This document shows, piece after piece, positions 38,446 to 50,543 of a stretch of DNA of 64,000 nucleotides; the first letter of the stretch is position 1, and the number at the start of each line of letters is the position of its first letter. The stretch lies in the NCBI GenBank assembly GCA_964234715.1, contig OZ174279.1; one strand, given 5' to 3'. This stretch comes from Podarcis melisellensis. Taxonomy: Eukaryota. The notes under the pieces were generated by a model. That model made no database searches. It had not been told where the DNA came from and saw only the letters and a list, made by a program, of their open reading frames with translations. Both the position numbers and the translations under genes were made by a program.

Positions 38446-38881
38446 CATCTAATGCTAAAGCATGACTGCAGCTAAGCAGGTGTGGACCTGATTAGTCCCT
38501 TGGGTGGGGGACTACTGAGATACCTAACATGCCGTGATAAGATACAAGTGTGTGTTTTTAAAAAGCTCCTATAATCAAGCACCTAGTTTGACCTAGTTTC
38601 TTAGCAATGCTAAGGAAGTAATGGACACATGCTCGTTCAGAAGTCCTTGTATGTTTTGCTTAGCAGGTGGCTCTTTTACAAATGGCTTCTCAAACGTTCT
38701 CTGTGTGAGATTGTGACAGGGTCTCAAGACCAAAGACTGCTCATTCCAGGCTGTGCCATTCTAGCTGGCACATTTGCTATGCCCTTCACCCATGCTCCTG
38801 ATCAGCTGATCCAGTGCTTTTCTTTGCCAACCTGTTGATGCATAGAGCTTTCAGCTTCTGGCAACATGAAAAAATAAAATA

Positions 38882-39129
38882 CAGTGGTACCTCGGGTTAA
38901 GTACTTAATTCGTTCCGGAGGTCCGTTCTTAACCTGAAACTGTTCTTAACCTGAAGCACCACTTTAGCTAATGGGGCCTCCCGCTGCCGCCGCACCGCCA
39001 GAGCACAATTTCTGTTCTCATCCTGAAGCAAAGTTCTTAACCTGAAGCACTATTTCTGGGTTAGCGGAGTCTATGTATGTAACCTGAAGCGTATGTAACC
39101 TGAAGTGTATGTAATCCGATGTACCACTG
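38882..39129 (+). mobile_element. Tc1/mariner (Tigger-like) non-autonomous element
   Basis: TA|CAGTGGTAC...GTACCACTG|TA; internal TAACCTGAA repeats. Confidence 0.9.
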
Positions 39130-39644
39130 TATAGGAAGGAGCTTGCTGTCTGATCCTTAGCCTATTAATGCCATTTCTTTAAGTGGTGTTTAGAATCGGG
39201 GTCTCAGTGCACAACCTTCCAAAAACAGTTACAACGAGGTTTGCCTGGTTCTCTTAAGTATACGTGCTCTGGAAATATGAAACTCAGCTGCTGAGGAAGG
39301 GACACAGAGCAGACCTAGGAGGTGTACCCATCCGGTCAACAGATGCAGGAAGTCTGATAGGGGACCCGGTCTGCCTCAGGAGCAACATGGCCTCTGACTG
39401 CAGCTGCCCTGACCCTGAGGGCTCCAAGAAGAGAATCTGAGGAGCAGAAACAAAAAAGAGGCAGGAAGCTGGACCTCCGTGCATGCGTACTTTCCTTTCC
39501 TGAGCTTGGCAGTACTGCACATCCAGCCTCTAGGTTCAAAACACCATGTATTGAATGCTTTAAATATTTATTTTCATTGTATGTAGTTCTTGTTTTATAG
39601 ATGATGCCAACACTTGTGATTTGATCGCTTTCTTTTCAAAGAAG

Positions 39645-39795
39645 AAGGCAAGTTGCTGGAAACCACAGGAGGAGAGAGTGCTCTTGTGTTTGGGTCTTGC
39701 TTGAGTTTCCCACAGGCATTTGGTTGGCTGCCATGAGAACAGGATGCAGGACTAGATAGACTATTGGTCTGATCCAGCAGGACTCTTCTTGTGTA
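39645..39795 (+). mobile_element. LINE 3' end fragment (L2/CR1-group-like)
   Basis: ...GGTTGGCTGCCATGAGAACAGGATGCAGGACTAGATAGACTATTGGTCTGATCCAGCAGGACTCTTCTTG. Confidence 0.6.
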
Positions 39796-41267
39796 CAGGT
39801 TATTGTCTCAAACACAGTGTCAGAAGTATTCTGCCATTTTGAAGCCCAAGTGTTCATAGGCACAGGGCTGAGCCTGGGTCTGATAATTCTATTATCTTCT
39901 ACTTCTCTTGTGCGGGGAGTTTTCTGTTGCTGTCGGAAGAGTAGACAGGCATGCAAACTCCACTTGCATCCTAAAGTGGTATAATCTGGAAAAGTGTGAC
40001 TTATTGGTTCTTTAAATCCTGCAAATGCCCTTGGTTTCTATGGAACAATAGAACATAATTTGTTGTGCTTATAATTTTGGATTAAGGAGTTTTTTAAACT
40101 GTGAATTTAGCTTCCACTGGAAGACAAAAACAACAACAAGTTGCTAGTCATTGAGTGAAGAGCTTGTAAGAAATGAATAAGTCCATACAGTGATCCAAGG
40201 AAGAATACCACACTAAATTACCAGCACTTCCTTCATTTTGATATGAGTAAGGAAGTTCGAACACTACCAGTGTTGATTGATACAAGGTGTGCACTTAGAT
40301 TGCTCACATTCAGGAGATAAGGAAGATAATTGCATTTTGGGCTTTCAGTGGGTCAGTTAGTCAAGGTTAAAGGGAGACTTCCTCTTCTGCAAGTCACATT
40401 TATATACAATATCTGGGCCAGATCTTTGAACTGTTTAAATAACTAGCTCTGTCAATGTTAATAGAACTGCAGTAGCATCTGCACCCCAGGAATCTGGCTC
40501 GCTTCTGAAGGTTAGGCAGACTTACAAACAGGCCATCATTATATATGATAACAGAACTTTTACATGGCTCAGCCACGTAGTATATAGCATGTAGTCTAAA
40601 TGTAGATTGTCACAAACACAGTAGCTCTTGATTCTTTAGTTGTGTGGCACCAGTTCTGCATTTCAGGGTTACTTTAAGATAGCTTAACCTCTGCACGGGC
40701 CTTTATTTCCTGGACCCTGAGTGTTTACCTGTTTCTGCCTATAAATTATAGATGGTAGACTGCTTGCTTTGAAGTGCAAACTGGTGGACGTTTAGGAGCA
40801 AAGCTTTGAAAAGTTCAGGTTAAAACTAGCAGGGCTTAATTAGAGAGAATAAGAGTGCCCAGTTCAATAGTAAGAAAGTAGATTAACTGTTCTTGCAAGG
40901 GCCTTTTGTATTGTTCAGTTGTAATAATGGTAACCCTAAGAGGAGAATCTAATTGCTTTCTGCCCTTGGGGAGGGGAGCATTCATATGTGTGTCTTCCTC
41001 TCTGTGCAGTTACCACTTCCTTTCCTAGTGGTTTCTTATGAATTATCCCCTCCCTATATGTCTATCATCTGCACCAGTGTTCTGGATTTGTGAGATTAGC
41101 TGAAGTCTATATGTACTGTGTGCCTGTCCGCACACACACTGCAGAATTTAAATTGGATTTTCTTCCAAGTAAGCTCTAACCTAGGCCCGTTTACTCTATA
41201 GTTGAATGGGGCTTACTTCTAGGTGAGTGTTCATAGACCTGCAGCCTAAATTTCTCTAGATTCCCTT

Positions 41268-41300
41268 TCCTCCTCCTCCTCCTCCTCCTCCTCCTCCTCC
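41268..41300. repeat. (TCC)n microsatellite
   Basis: Pure TCC run. Confidence 0.9.
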
Positions 41301-42247
41301 ATATTTGGTTCTCTATGGGTTTCCCTCATTCCCCAACCTACCTTCTGCTTCTCTCTCTGCCTGTGTGTACATGTGTGCCTGCACTCTCTCTCTCCCTATC
41401 CTCCAGCTTTCACACGCACCAGCAAGGAAATCTTTGAACAGCAAGTGCAGGAAAAGATTTTATTCCTTCCCCCCAGAGTTAGAGGGAGTGCCTGTACATG
41501 CCATCCTGCCAGTGGGATATCTTTGCACCATTTCATGCCCACATTGTAACCTCAGCTCCTGATCCAGCAAGTGGGCAAGGAGTGACTGCTTGATTTGTTT
41601 TCCTCCTCTGATCTCTCTGAGCTGCTTTTCGGCAGAGCAGATTCTATTCCTTACTTAGCAGAGGGTAATGTGTGCTCTTTTAGCCACTTATCTGCTTACT
41701 TGGCCACCAGCCTAATGTTGCTGTGATTGACAAGGGGCCATACCGCTGACCTCATTCCCCTCCCTTCCCCCGTAGAGCCGATGCACATGGTGGCGCCCTC
41801 CTGTTGCCATGGTGACTGGGGCCAGAGCAAGTCCTGTTCCCACATTGCCTTAGGATAGATGTGTTGCAGTTTGATGCAGGCCTTTGCATTAGGGGGTTTT
41901 ATGGTTGGCAACATTCCACTCTTTTGTTGAGTGAGGGAGTGTAATCTAATTACAATCCAAGAGACAAGGTCCTCAGTGGTCAGTATCATTTTTTCCTGAC
42001 TTCCCTGTCTCCCAAAGTGGGGGAGGAAGCAACAGCTATTGTGCAGAACTGCAGTTCATGCTAAGCAGAATTTCACTCATGGACAGGAGCTGAAATGGGC
42101 AAGGAAATGTTTGTCATTCAAAGTTGTTGGATAAGGGCTGTCCTACCTGTACGGCAAAGTGATGTGATTAGCCAGGACTGTGCCACTTCAGATTTGATGA
42201 GTGCATTTTGAAATGGGCCCTCATATTTTGCAAAATATATCCATGTA

Positions 42248-42490
42248 CAGTGGTACCTTGGGTTACATACGCTTCAGGTTACAGACTCCACTAACCCAGA
42301 AATACTACCTCGGGTTAAGAACTTTGCTTCAGGATGACAACAGAAATCGTGTTCCGGTGGTGCGGCAGCAGCGGGAGGCCCCATTCGCTAAAGTGGTGCT
42401 TCAGGTTAAGAACAGTTTCAGCTTAAGAACAGTTTCAGGTTAAGTACGGACCTCCGGAACGAATTAAGTACTTAACCTGAGGTACCACTG
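42248..42490 (-). mobile_element. Tc1/mariner (Tigger-like) non-autonomous element
   Basis: TA|CAGTGGTACC...GGTACCACTG|TA; reverse complement of 38882-39129. Confidence 0.9.
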
Positions 42491-43829
42491 TATAGAGAGA
42501 AATCCATTAGCACATAATGGAGGAGAAGAGAGTCTAGCCTGGTTGTCTCCCTTGTATGTTAGTTTTCTGTGTTCAGGGAGTGGGGGGGGGGGCATTCCAA
42601 AACGACAAAAGTGATGTGTGATTTTATTGCATGACTCTAGATTCCTCATAAGAATTGTTGTATGTAAGATTATTATGCAAATTTGTGAGAACGATGGGGA
42701 TCCAGGAACTGCTTGCAGATGGTTCTGCCTAACAAAGGATTGACTGTGCATTCTTGGGGGTTTTAATTAGTCAATCCCGAGTTCATGCTTTTCCCGTAAC
42801 AGGTTTGCGTAGGAACCTTGCCTGCCACCTCTTCCTGTCCTTCATGAGCCCCACCCATGCAATCATCTAATGTGATCAGGGTCACATCATACCAAAAGCA
42901 GAAAGCAAGCCTTGGCAGAGCCTCAAGCAAATGCACTAAGCCACAACAGATTGTTTCCTCAGTTTGGCTAATAAATCTGACATAGGTACTAAGGCCATAG
43001 GGTGCGATGGCAAGGTAATTAGCCAAACCCAGGGGAGACTTGGATGTATACAATTCCCTGCCTGTCCACAACCGGACACTGGTTATGTCTCAGTGCGCCA
43101 GAGTAGACCTGGGAGAAAAAGGAGCCAGGAGGAGGAATTGGGGGCCCCTCCAGTGTGTTGTTGACCTGTTCCTGCTAAATCTTTTGTCTGTATTAGGAAG
43201 CACATCACTTGCTGCAGCACTCACCATTAATATTCAAGGTGTTACTTTTTAAATAATCCTGCTGGTGCAAAAAAAAGAAGTGTCAATTACAAATAGAAAA
43301 ACCAACCTGCTGGAAAAGAAATGCAGATCTCTTCCATGGCAACGTACAAAAATATCCAATCTTCCAAGGTCTCAGTGGGCTGAAACCACCTCCCTCTGCA
43401 TTATTTCAAACTGAGATAAGAAGACAATTGGGCTGCAGCCTCTGCAGATTCACTAATTCCTTTCCTGTGCCTTTGAGAAGGGAAATGAGTAAGGTCACTC
43501 AATAAGTTAGTAGCAGAGGTGAGGAATGGCATCCAGGCATCAGAACCCTTTTGATACCCACTATCACTCTTGTTCTATCTACTACCATCATACATTGTAG
43601 TGTAGGTTATCTAGTCTGGTAGATTTGCATTTGCAATGCTGCAGCCTAATGCAAGCAACTGTGTACTATTTATAAGCACTCATCCTGAGATTGAAATATT
43701 CTGAGAACCTGTGTTGGTCCCTACTGGTCATATAATTGGTTGGAGCTCACCTGAATCTTGATCAGATGTGAGATTCTGCTCATATGATAGAGAGCAAATA
43801 ATCTTGTTACCCCGTTCGTATGAAACAGA

Positions 43830-43960
43830 TAGCCAATGTGCTGCTCTCCAGATGTTGTTTGACTCCAGTTCCTATCAGCCTAAGCTAGCATGGCCAATGA
43901 TCAGGGATGATGGGAGTTGTGGTCAAACAATATATTGAGGGTACCATGTTGGCTGCCCCA
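43830..43960. mobile_element. hAT-type palindromic MITE (diverged)
   Basis: CTCCAGATGTTGTTTGACTCCAGTTCCTATC...GGGATGATGGGAGTTGTGGTCAAACAA. Confidence 0.6.
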
Positions 43961-44098
43961 ATGAAAATAACCTCCGCTTTGGGATGCTATAGCAACGTGA
44001 TGAAACCCCTGAGCCACTACTCCTGACATTAGTTGTCCTGGAAACCACCAAACACTCAAAGCTCCTTGCAATAGAAGAACCACCCTACACACAAGTAC

Positions 44099-44234
44099 CA
44101 GGCATAGGCAAACTCGGCCCTCCAGATGTTTTGGGACTACAACTCCCATCATCCCTAGCTAACAGGACCAGTGGTCAGGGATGATGGGAGTTGTAGTCCC
44201 AAAACATCTGGAGGGCCGAGTTTGCCTATGCTTG
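44099..44234. mobile_element. hAT palindromic MITE, young
   Basis: Near-perfect ~58-bp arms; same subfamily as 34945-35064 with the loop in opposite orientation. Confidence 0.92.
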
Positions 44235-45639
44235 CAAATACTCACACCCACACAGTGTGATGGGCATTTGGGTGGTTAATAATATGACCCATTTGAATTA
44301 CTCCATTATCTTTGTAACAAGGTTCATCACATGAGACCTGTTTCTCCCTCACAGCAGGGCTCAGATTTTCATTAGGATGGTTAAAACCTGTGAAAAGTTT
44401 GATCCACTTTCAAGAATTCATTGGGAATCTTGCATATGTGTTTTCCTATCAAAGTTTATTTTTATTTCTGCGTCACCATCATTGTCTGCTGCAGGAAAGG
44501 AAAGGTAGGTAGAATAGCTAGGTTACAGGCTTCATCATGCACCCCCTGTTCTACTAACTTCGTAGATACATACTTTTTATTACACTTTCTCTCTCCCCTC
44601 CAAAAAATCTGGTTTATTTCTTTGACTTTATTTTGGATATCGAGAATTTGAGGCAGTCTGAATGAGGATACAACTGCAGGACAAGAGAGAAGAATTGTGG
44701 GTCTAAACTTTCTATCTGAGTGTCAGGAGAGTTTCTATGGCAGACTGCAAATTTTACTGCAGTGTGAATGCTTTTCAGTGTGCAGTCTCCATGAGCACCA
44801 GCATTCAAGAAGCTAAAAGAGGTGTCTTTGGATTAGCGTTTTGTTTCGAAAAATAAGAGGGAAAGATGAATGATCTTTATACAATGACTAGTTCTCCACT
44901 ATGACTTCTTCCATAGGAATGTCCAGACACAACTATTGGGTTTTTTCTTTTGGAACTGGCTAGGATTTTTGAGGAGGAGTCTGCAGTTGACTGGGTGGCA
45001 CGATGTACAATGAAAGGATCTGGGAAAGCCTTCCTGACCTTGGATTTTTGAAGCATGAAATTTAATTATTGTGATCTTACCATGCATGACTTGAAAGTTA
45101 TGGCCCATAAAATTATCTCGTCTGCACACTTGACTCCATTACATCTCCATGGTGTCATCTCACTTGGGTTGGCTTTGTGCCACAAGACTAAGAGAAAGGA
45201 AGTTCCTAGGCTTGTCCTAGCCAGGTCTAACTCCTGGTCCTTGTTTTTCATATATTATGTCAGGACTCACTTGTTCCATGAGAGCGCCAACAGATGAGCT
45301 CCTCCTCAGAAATGAATGAAATCTGTGATTCACTGTAGGAGTGAGCGTCTTTGTTGACATTGCATCCTATCAGAGGTATCTAAGGTAGCAAACAATTCTT
45401 AGTTACATGTAATTAATGCAGTTTATGTGTCATGTTTTTGAACATGGCAGATGCCAAGCAATAGGTATAGTACATGTTGCATTTATTGCACTGTATGACG
45501 CCTTCGTTTGCCCCACCTACAATAAAACATGTTTCTCCCATATCGGTCTCCACAGCCACAGCAGGCGCTGTAACTCTTCAGTGGTTTGACTTTACCTTGA
45601 AAGGCGCACTCTCCCATTGTCTCCTGAGACAGATGCCAA

Positions 45640-45815
45640 CAGCAGTTGTATGGTGGTTATAGCATGTTCAACTGGGGAGACCCATAAAGCTCACTGGGTC
45701 ACCTTGGCCAATTGCTTATCTCACTGCCTAAGTTATATCACAGGGTTGTTGCAAGGATAAAATAGAGGGGGGTAGCATATTCCCAACGCGCTGGAGGAAA
45801 GGGAGGTCAAAAATT
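45640..45815 (+). mobile_element. MIR-derived SINE (Squam3-like)
   Basis: GGTGGTTATAGCATGTT...AAGCTCACTGGGTCACCTTGGCCA...CACAGGGTTGTTGCAAGGATAAAAT. Confidence 0.6.
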
Positions 45816-47159
45816 AAACTTTTTCAGAGAGGAAGAAATGTCTGGCCATTTCGAACTTCTGGGTAACCAAATCTGCTTATTATACCACAGCGTGTGTTTA
45901 TGGCAGCAAGCAGTTCCCTGTAGAAACATAATTCAGTCTGGCTTTCTTTGCAGCAAATGCTGTTGTAGGTTTGTGGCTGCAAAGGTTGTTTGTCTCAAAT
46001 GCTGCTCATTAATGGGCAAGTGACCTGATTGGCAGCTGCAACAGTACAAAATGCTTCCCTTATGCCAAATATATCAGATGATTATCTTTGTTTTGGAGGG
46101 GGAAGGTTTATGCTTCTGTGATCCATTGGCATCTGATTTTGGGAATACACAGCACCCTGCCTATCCCTATTGAAAGTAGGTGGAGCTCTGTTTGTTTTGT
46201 TATAATGAGAACATGACTGTAGGTTTGTGCTCCAGTTTCGAATAACAAGGTTTTGTTGAAAGGAAACTTTTAAAAGTAATGCTTTGAACTGCAAAATAAT
46301 AATAATAGGATTAATTTCTACATTGGTGATACTTTTTATAAGCAGAGCCTGGTTTTGTTTGGCATTTCACTTTTTTATGTGTCACAGTTAGCAAACTTTT
46401 CTCCAAGATGAACGCTTTATGCACCCAACTGTTGCTCTCAGTGAGTTCTTGATGAAGAATAAGTTTGTCAGAATGAGTGCCCCCGTGGTGTTCAAAACTA
46501 TGACCCACTGCCAAAACAATCATGAACTTGTGAAAAATAATTTATGATTATGTCTTTTCTTTTTTCTAAAAAAGCAAGGCATCTTTGGAAGTTTTTGTTA
46601 CTTGTTTTTTATTGATTTTTTAAAGTGTAAATACATCTGCATAGACTTACAAAGTTGGGTTGCGGATGAATATATAACTTACAACAATTAAACTAAACAG
46701 TCAAAATAATATGAGAGAATGAATGCCAGAGTAATTGCAATTACATTATTTTTTGTCATTTGTTACATATATCACAATTTAATAGAGAAATGATAGGGAA
46801 TCTTTGGGAGTTTTAAAGCAGTCCTGTGAATATGTTTTAGCGAAACAAGTATTACGGTAGTGGTAATATGCAGTATTGATTCATCATAAATGAATAGTAG
46901 CCTGTACAAAGCAAGTAAACGATCTTTTCTGCCCCATTTTCCAGAAACCATTATGCTGTGCCATTGATTTCAGATTTAGGATTTGTCTAAGTGCAGGAAA
47001 GAGGCTTTCAACACTTTATTTCACAACACTTGTGAACTTGTGAGATACAGCTGCGTTACCACCTTGAGCTTGAGGTAAATCCTTGTGTTAGTATGTGAGG
47101 ATGAGTTTTCCCTTCCTGGCGCAAGGATAGTTCTGTTTTGATCTTCTGTAAGCCTCTAT

Positions 47160-47335
47160 GACTTGAGGGGATGTGGGTTCAAATCACCACTCATTCTTGA
47201 AGCTTATAGGATGATACTGTGCTTGTCACATGGTCTCTCAACCCTACCTCACAGGGGTTTTGTGAGGATAAGGAAGGGGGGAACCATTTGTGCTATGAGC
47301 TTTTTGGAAGGGTGGGATAAGATGTGGTTTATATA
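47160..47335 (+). mobile_element. MIR-derived SINE (Squam3-like)
   Basis: GGGTTCAAATCACCACTC...CTACCTCACAGGGGTTTTGTGAGGATAA. Confidence 0.6.
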
Positions 47336-48886
47336 ATAATCTCATAGGCCTGAATCATCCTATTTCCACATCTCTCAAACATTTGTAAAAAGACACTAGC
47401 AACATGAATTTAACTTTTGTAAAGCAAGTGTGAAACAATTGTTAATTTCACAAAAACATGAGTTAATTTCAGCCAGATGTGAATAATTAATAGATTTCTT
47501 ACACTGCTAGGGCTATACTTCCCTTGGTGTCTTTGCTAGAACAAATTTAATTCTGTTCCAGCTTGAATAGTATATATGGTATGTGTGCATGCAGTGACGG
47601 AGTCAGGTTATTCTGGTGGACAAGATTGTCATGTTGCAAGCGGTAGAATTTGTACAGAAAGGCTACCATTTCAAAAGTCCATGTCAGTTTTGGACTGGAA
47701 TCTCCAATAGCAAAAGCTTGTCTGAGGAAGTAGAATGCTACTTCTCCTCATTCAGAAAACTATTGTGTTTAGACACTAGAATTGCGACTGCGGTCTTCCT
47801 GTTCACTATTGTATCATTGGTTGCTGGGGAAACCAGCTATGGTAACTTAAGAAGGGAGATTTCACCCAGTGCAGCAATGGGACTGATGCTGACGGGTGTA
47901 CAATGTCATCCTTCCGTTGCATTTAGGAAGCTTGTTTTGTGCAGGGCTGGGGTGGGGCAACCAATAGTGTATATACTGCATGTGAACCCCCCCCCAACCC
48001 CCCCCCACAGTTTTGTGTTGGCAAAGTCCAGAGGCCTCTTATTAACTGCTGATAATTCCAGCTTTTCCTTCATTAAAGTAAGTATCTGGCTCTCAATTTG
48101 GCAAGATAAATTAGAAGATACTACATTTCTGAGGACTAAAGCTGATGTAAGGTAGCATTAAGAGTATCTGGTAGAAATCTCAGCCAAGCCTTAGGCAAGC
48201 CCACTCATTTCTTAAGCCTCTTCTGAAACACTCCACTTGCATAGACCTTTCCCCAAAGTCTTAGTGTTTGTCTAAGGAACATATAGACTAATAAAAAGAA
48301 GTTTCGCTACTATTATTTCCAGACTTAACCTGACTCACAGATCCAAAATAAGTCTGTGGGCAGCTGTACTTTGTGTTAATTGAATTATATGCAAATTAAG
48401 TTACATGCAGGTTGCCCAAGCTGCCCCTCCTCTAGCTTATTTTTACAATAGGGTTGGCAGTGCTAGGGGAAATTACCACAATTCTGTGATGTAAAAAGGC
48501 AACACACACACACACACACACATAATAGCTGATTACCATTGTGTAATAATAATCTGTGATCTGCTTCTGAGTTTCTGAATGCTAATAAATGTCAATGAAA
48601 CAAAAAGTAGGAATGCATATTAAATTATATAAATGGTAGTATGTGGAAGATCCCTGTGTCTACCCAGGAACAAGTTTCCTTTAAATCAGAGATTTAAATT
48701 GGTTTTCCCCTGCTAAGTTGCAGTTTCCTTCTGCTACATGTTAGTCTGTGTCCTTGTTACCTTATAAGATGCCAGCATTGCCAGTTCACAGTACCAATTT
48801 ATTCAAATCTGATGGATTGCAAAATGTGGGGGGCAATTATTTAGACCCCCATTGTTTTCTTTTTAAATTATTAATCAATATGAGCA

Positions 48887-49101
48887 AAGGGTTAAAGGTA
48901 AAGAACCCCTGGATGGTTAAATCCAGTCAAAGGTGACTATAGGATGCGGCGCTCATCTCACTTCAGGCCGAGGGAGCTGGTGTTTGTCCACAGGCAGCTT
49001 TCTGGGTCATGTGGTCAGCATGACTAAACTGCTTCTGGTGCAACGGAACACCATGACGGAAACCAGAGCACATGGAAATGCCGTTTACCTTCCTGCCACA
49101 G
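48887..49101 (-). mobile_element. Sauria SINE, 5'-truncated
   Basis: Colinear with the 3' part of 33700-34049; perfect 12-bp TSD TCAATATGAGCA (48875-48886, 49102-49113). Confidence 0.9.
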
Positions 49102-50072
49102 TCAATATGAGCACTTGACTATTGGTACATGAAAACAGTGCATCATAAAGTAAGCAAACTCCTGACTCTTCCAGTGACATGTGAGGAGGGAGTGGGAATA
49201 AACAAAAAGGGAAGGGAATAAATTGAAAGCCGCATTGCACAAGCAGTTCTTGCGCAGGGCTTCCGCTGGCAGGGGCCCCTTAGGTGAATCCGGCCCCCAG
49301 GTTCCCATCTGCCTCTTGGACTACTTTTTAAAGTTCCCACTCACAAGAGGGTTTAAAAGAATGAACGGGATAGAGAGTTGTACAGCATCTGATGCTAGAA
49401 TAAAGCTATATAAATTAAATGGCAATTAAGGAGAAGACAATTACCATAGTTGTCCCAAGGCCCTGGAATTACCCTCCTATGGAAAGTATGAAGCTGCTTC
49501 TTTCATTTCTTTCCAGAATAATAATAAAAGCAAACACAAAACTTTCTTATTCCAGAGAGCATTTGTCTATTGAGTTGTGCTGTGCTGTTGCTATTACATT
49601 TTTCCAGTTCTGATGTTAGCTGTTGTAATGAATTTTCTGTTTTAATGTGATTGTTGGATGTTAGGTATATGTGTTAATGTCTTGAGCTGAGGATATTTGG
49701 GATAGAAATATGTATTTTAAATTGAGTAAATAGAAGTGGAATACTGGCTCCGAAATACCAAGATTGGACTATTGAGAACAGTCAGCTAAAACTATTCATT
49801 ACATACAGACTGTGAGAGTAGAAGTTGTCCTGAGAAAGTGAAACATCTCTTATTTGTGTCATTATACCCTTTATGTGGAAGCGTGATCTATTTTTACCTG
49901 AGGTAAAAGAGTAAAAAGGGACTTGAAGGTGTGAGAGGAGTTTCTGACATAACACTGTTCATGTAGTTCCTCCACCCCATAATAATTTGTATGTTCAAAT
50001 GCACATTCACATTAACAGATCTTTTAAAAACCACTCATGCAGAAGTACTCTCAGAGCCTTTCAGCACAGTGA

Positions 50073-50339
50073 AGCCACATCTGCACCATATATTTAAGGC
50101 ACTATTATACTACCTTAACAGTCATGGCTTCTTAGTTTGTTCAGGGTGTTGTTCGGAGACCCCTATTTCCCTCACAATCCTTCACAGGGAAGTGGGAATT
50201 GTAGCTCTGTGAGGGAAATAGGGGTTTCCTAACGATTCACAGCACCCTTAACAAACTACAGTTCCCAGGATTCCTTTTGAGAAGCCATGGCTGTTAAAAT
50301 GTTAAAATAGTGATGTAAATGCATGGTGCAGGGGTGGCC
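50073..50339. mobile_element. Palindromic MITE
   Basis: GCCACATCTGCACCAT...TTAACAGTCATGGCTTC / GAAGCCATGGCTGTTAA...ATGGTGCAGGGGTGGC. Confidence 0.7.
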
Positions 50340-50436
50340 TAAGTGTATTTTTATCGCCCACAGTTCATGTATCTTCCTTGGAGGTTGTGCTTCATTTGCA
50401 ACAACAGTATTTTCCCCGAGCTGTCAAAACACTTTG

Positions 50437-50543
50437 GGTGGTATTCAACAAAGTTTTACTGAGAGTAGGCCTGTTGAAATTAATGTGTGGGGTCCATTCA
50501 TCTCAGTGGGTGCTCGCTAAGTGAACCTTAGTTGAATACCACC
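50437..50543. mobile_element. Short MITE
   Basis: Perfect 13-bp TIR GGTGGTATTCAAC / GTTGAATACCACC. Confidence 0.7.

Noticed and set aside
38580-38599. p53/p63-like double half-site CACCTAGTTT GACCTAGTTT
   Set aside because: Three mismatches to RRRCWWGYYY x2; expected by chance in 51 kb, although human TRIM8 is reported as a p53 target.
38882-39129. Short repeated TAACCTGAA units that superficially resemble a CRISPR-like array
   Set aside because: Irregular internal repeats of a TA-flanked MITE in a vertebrate genome; no spacer structure or cas genes.
47616-48155. 179-aa plus-strand ORF
   Set aside because: GTG start, no recognisable homology or exon signals.
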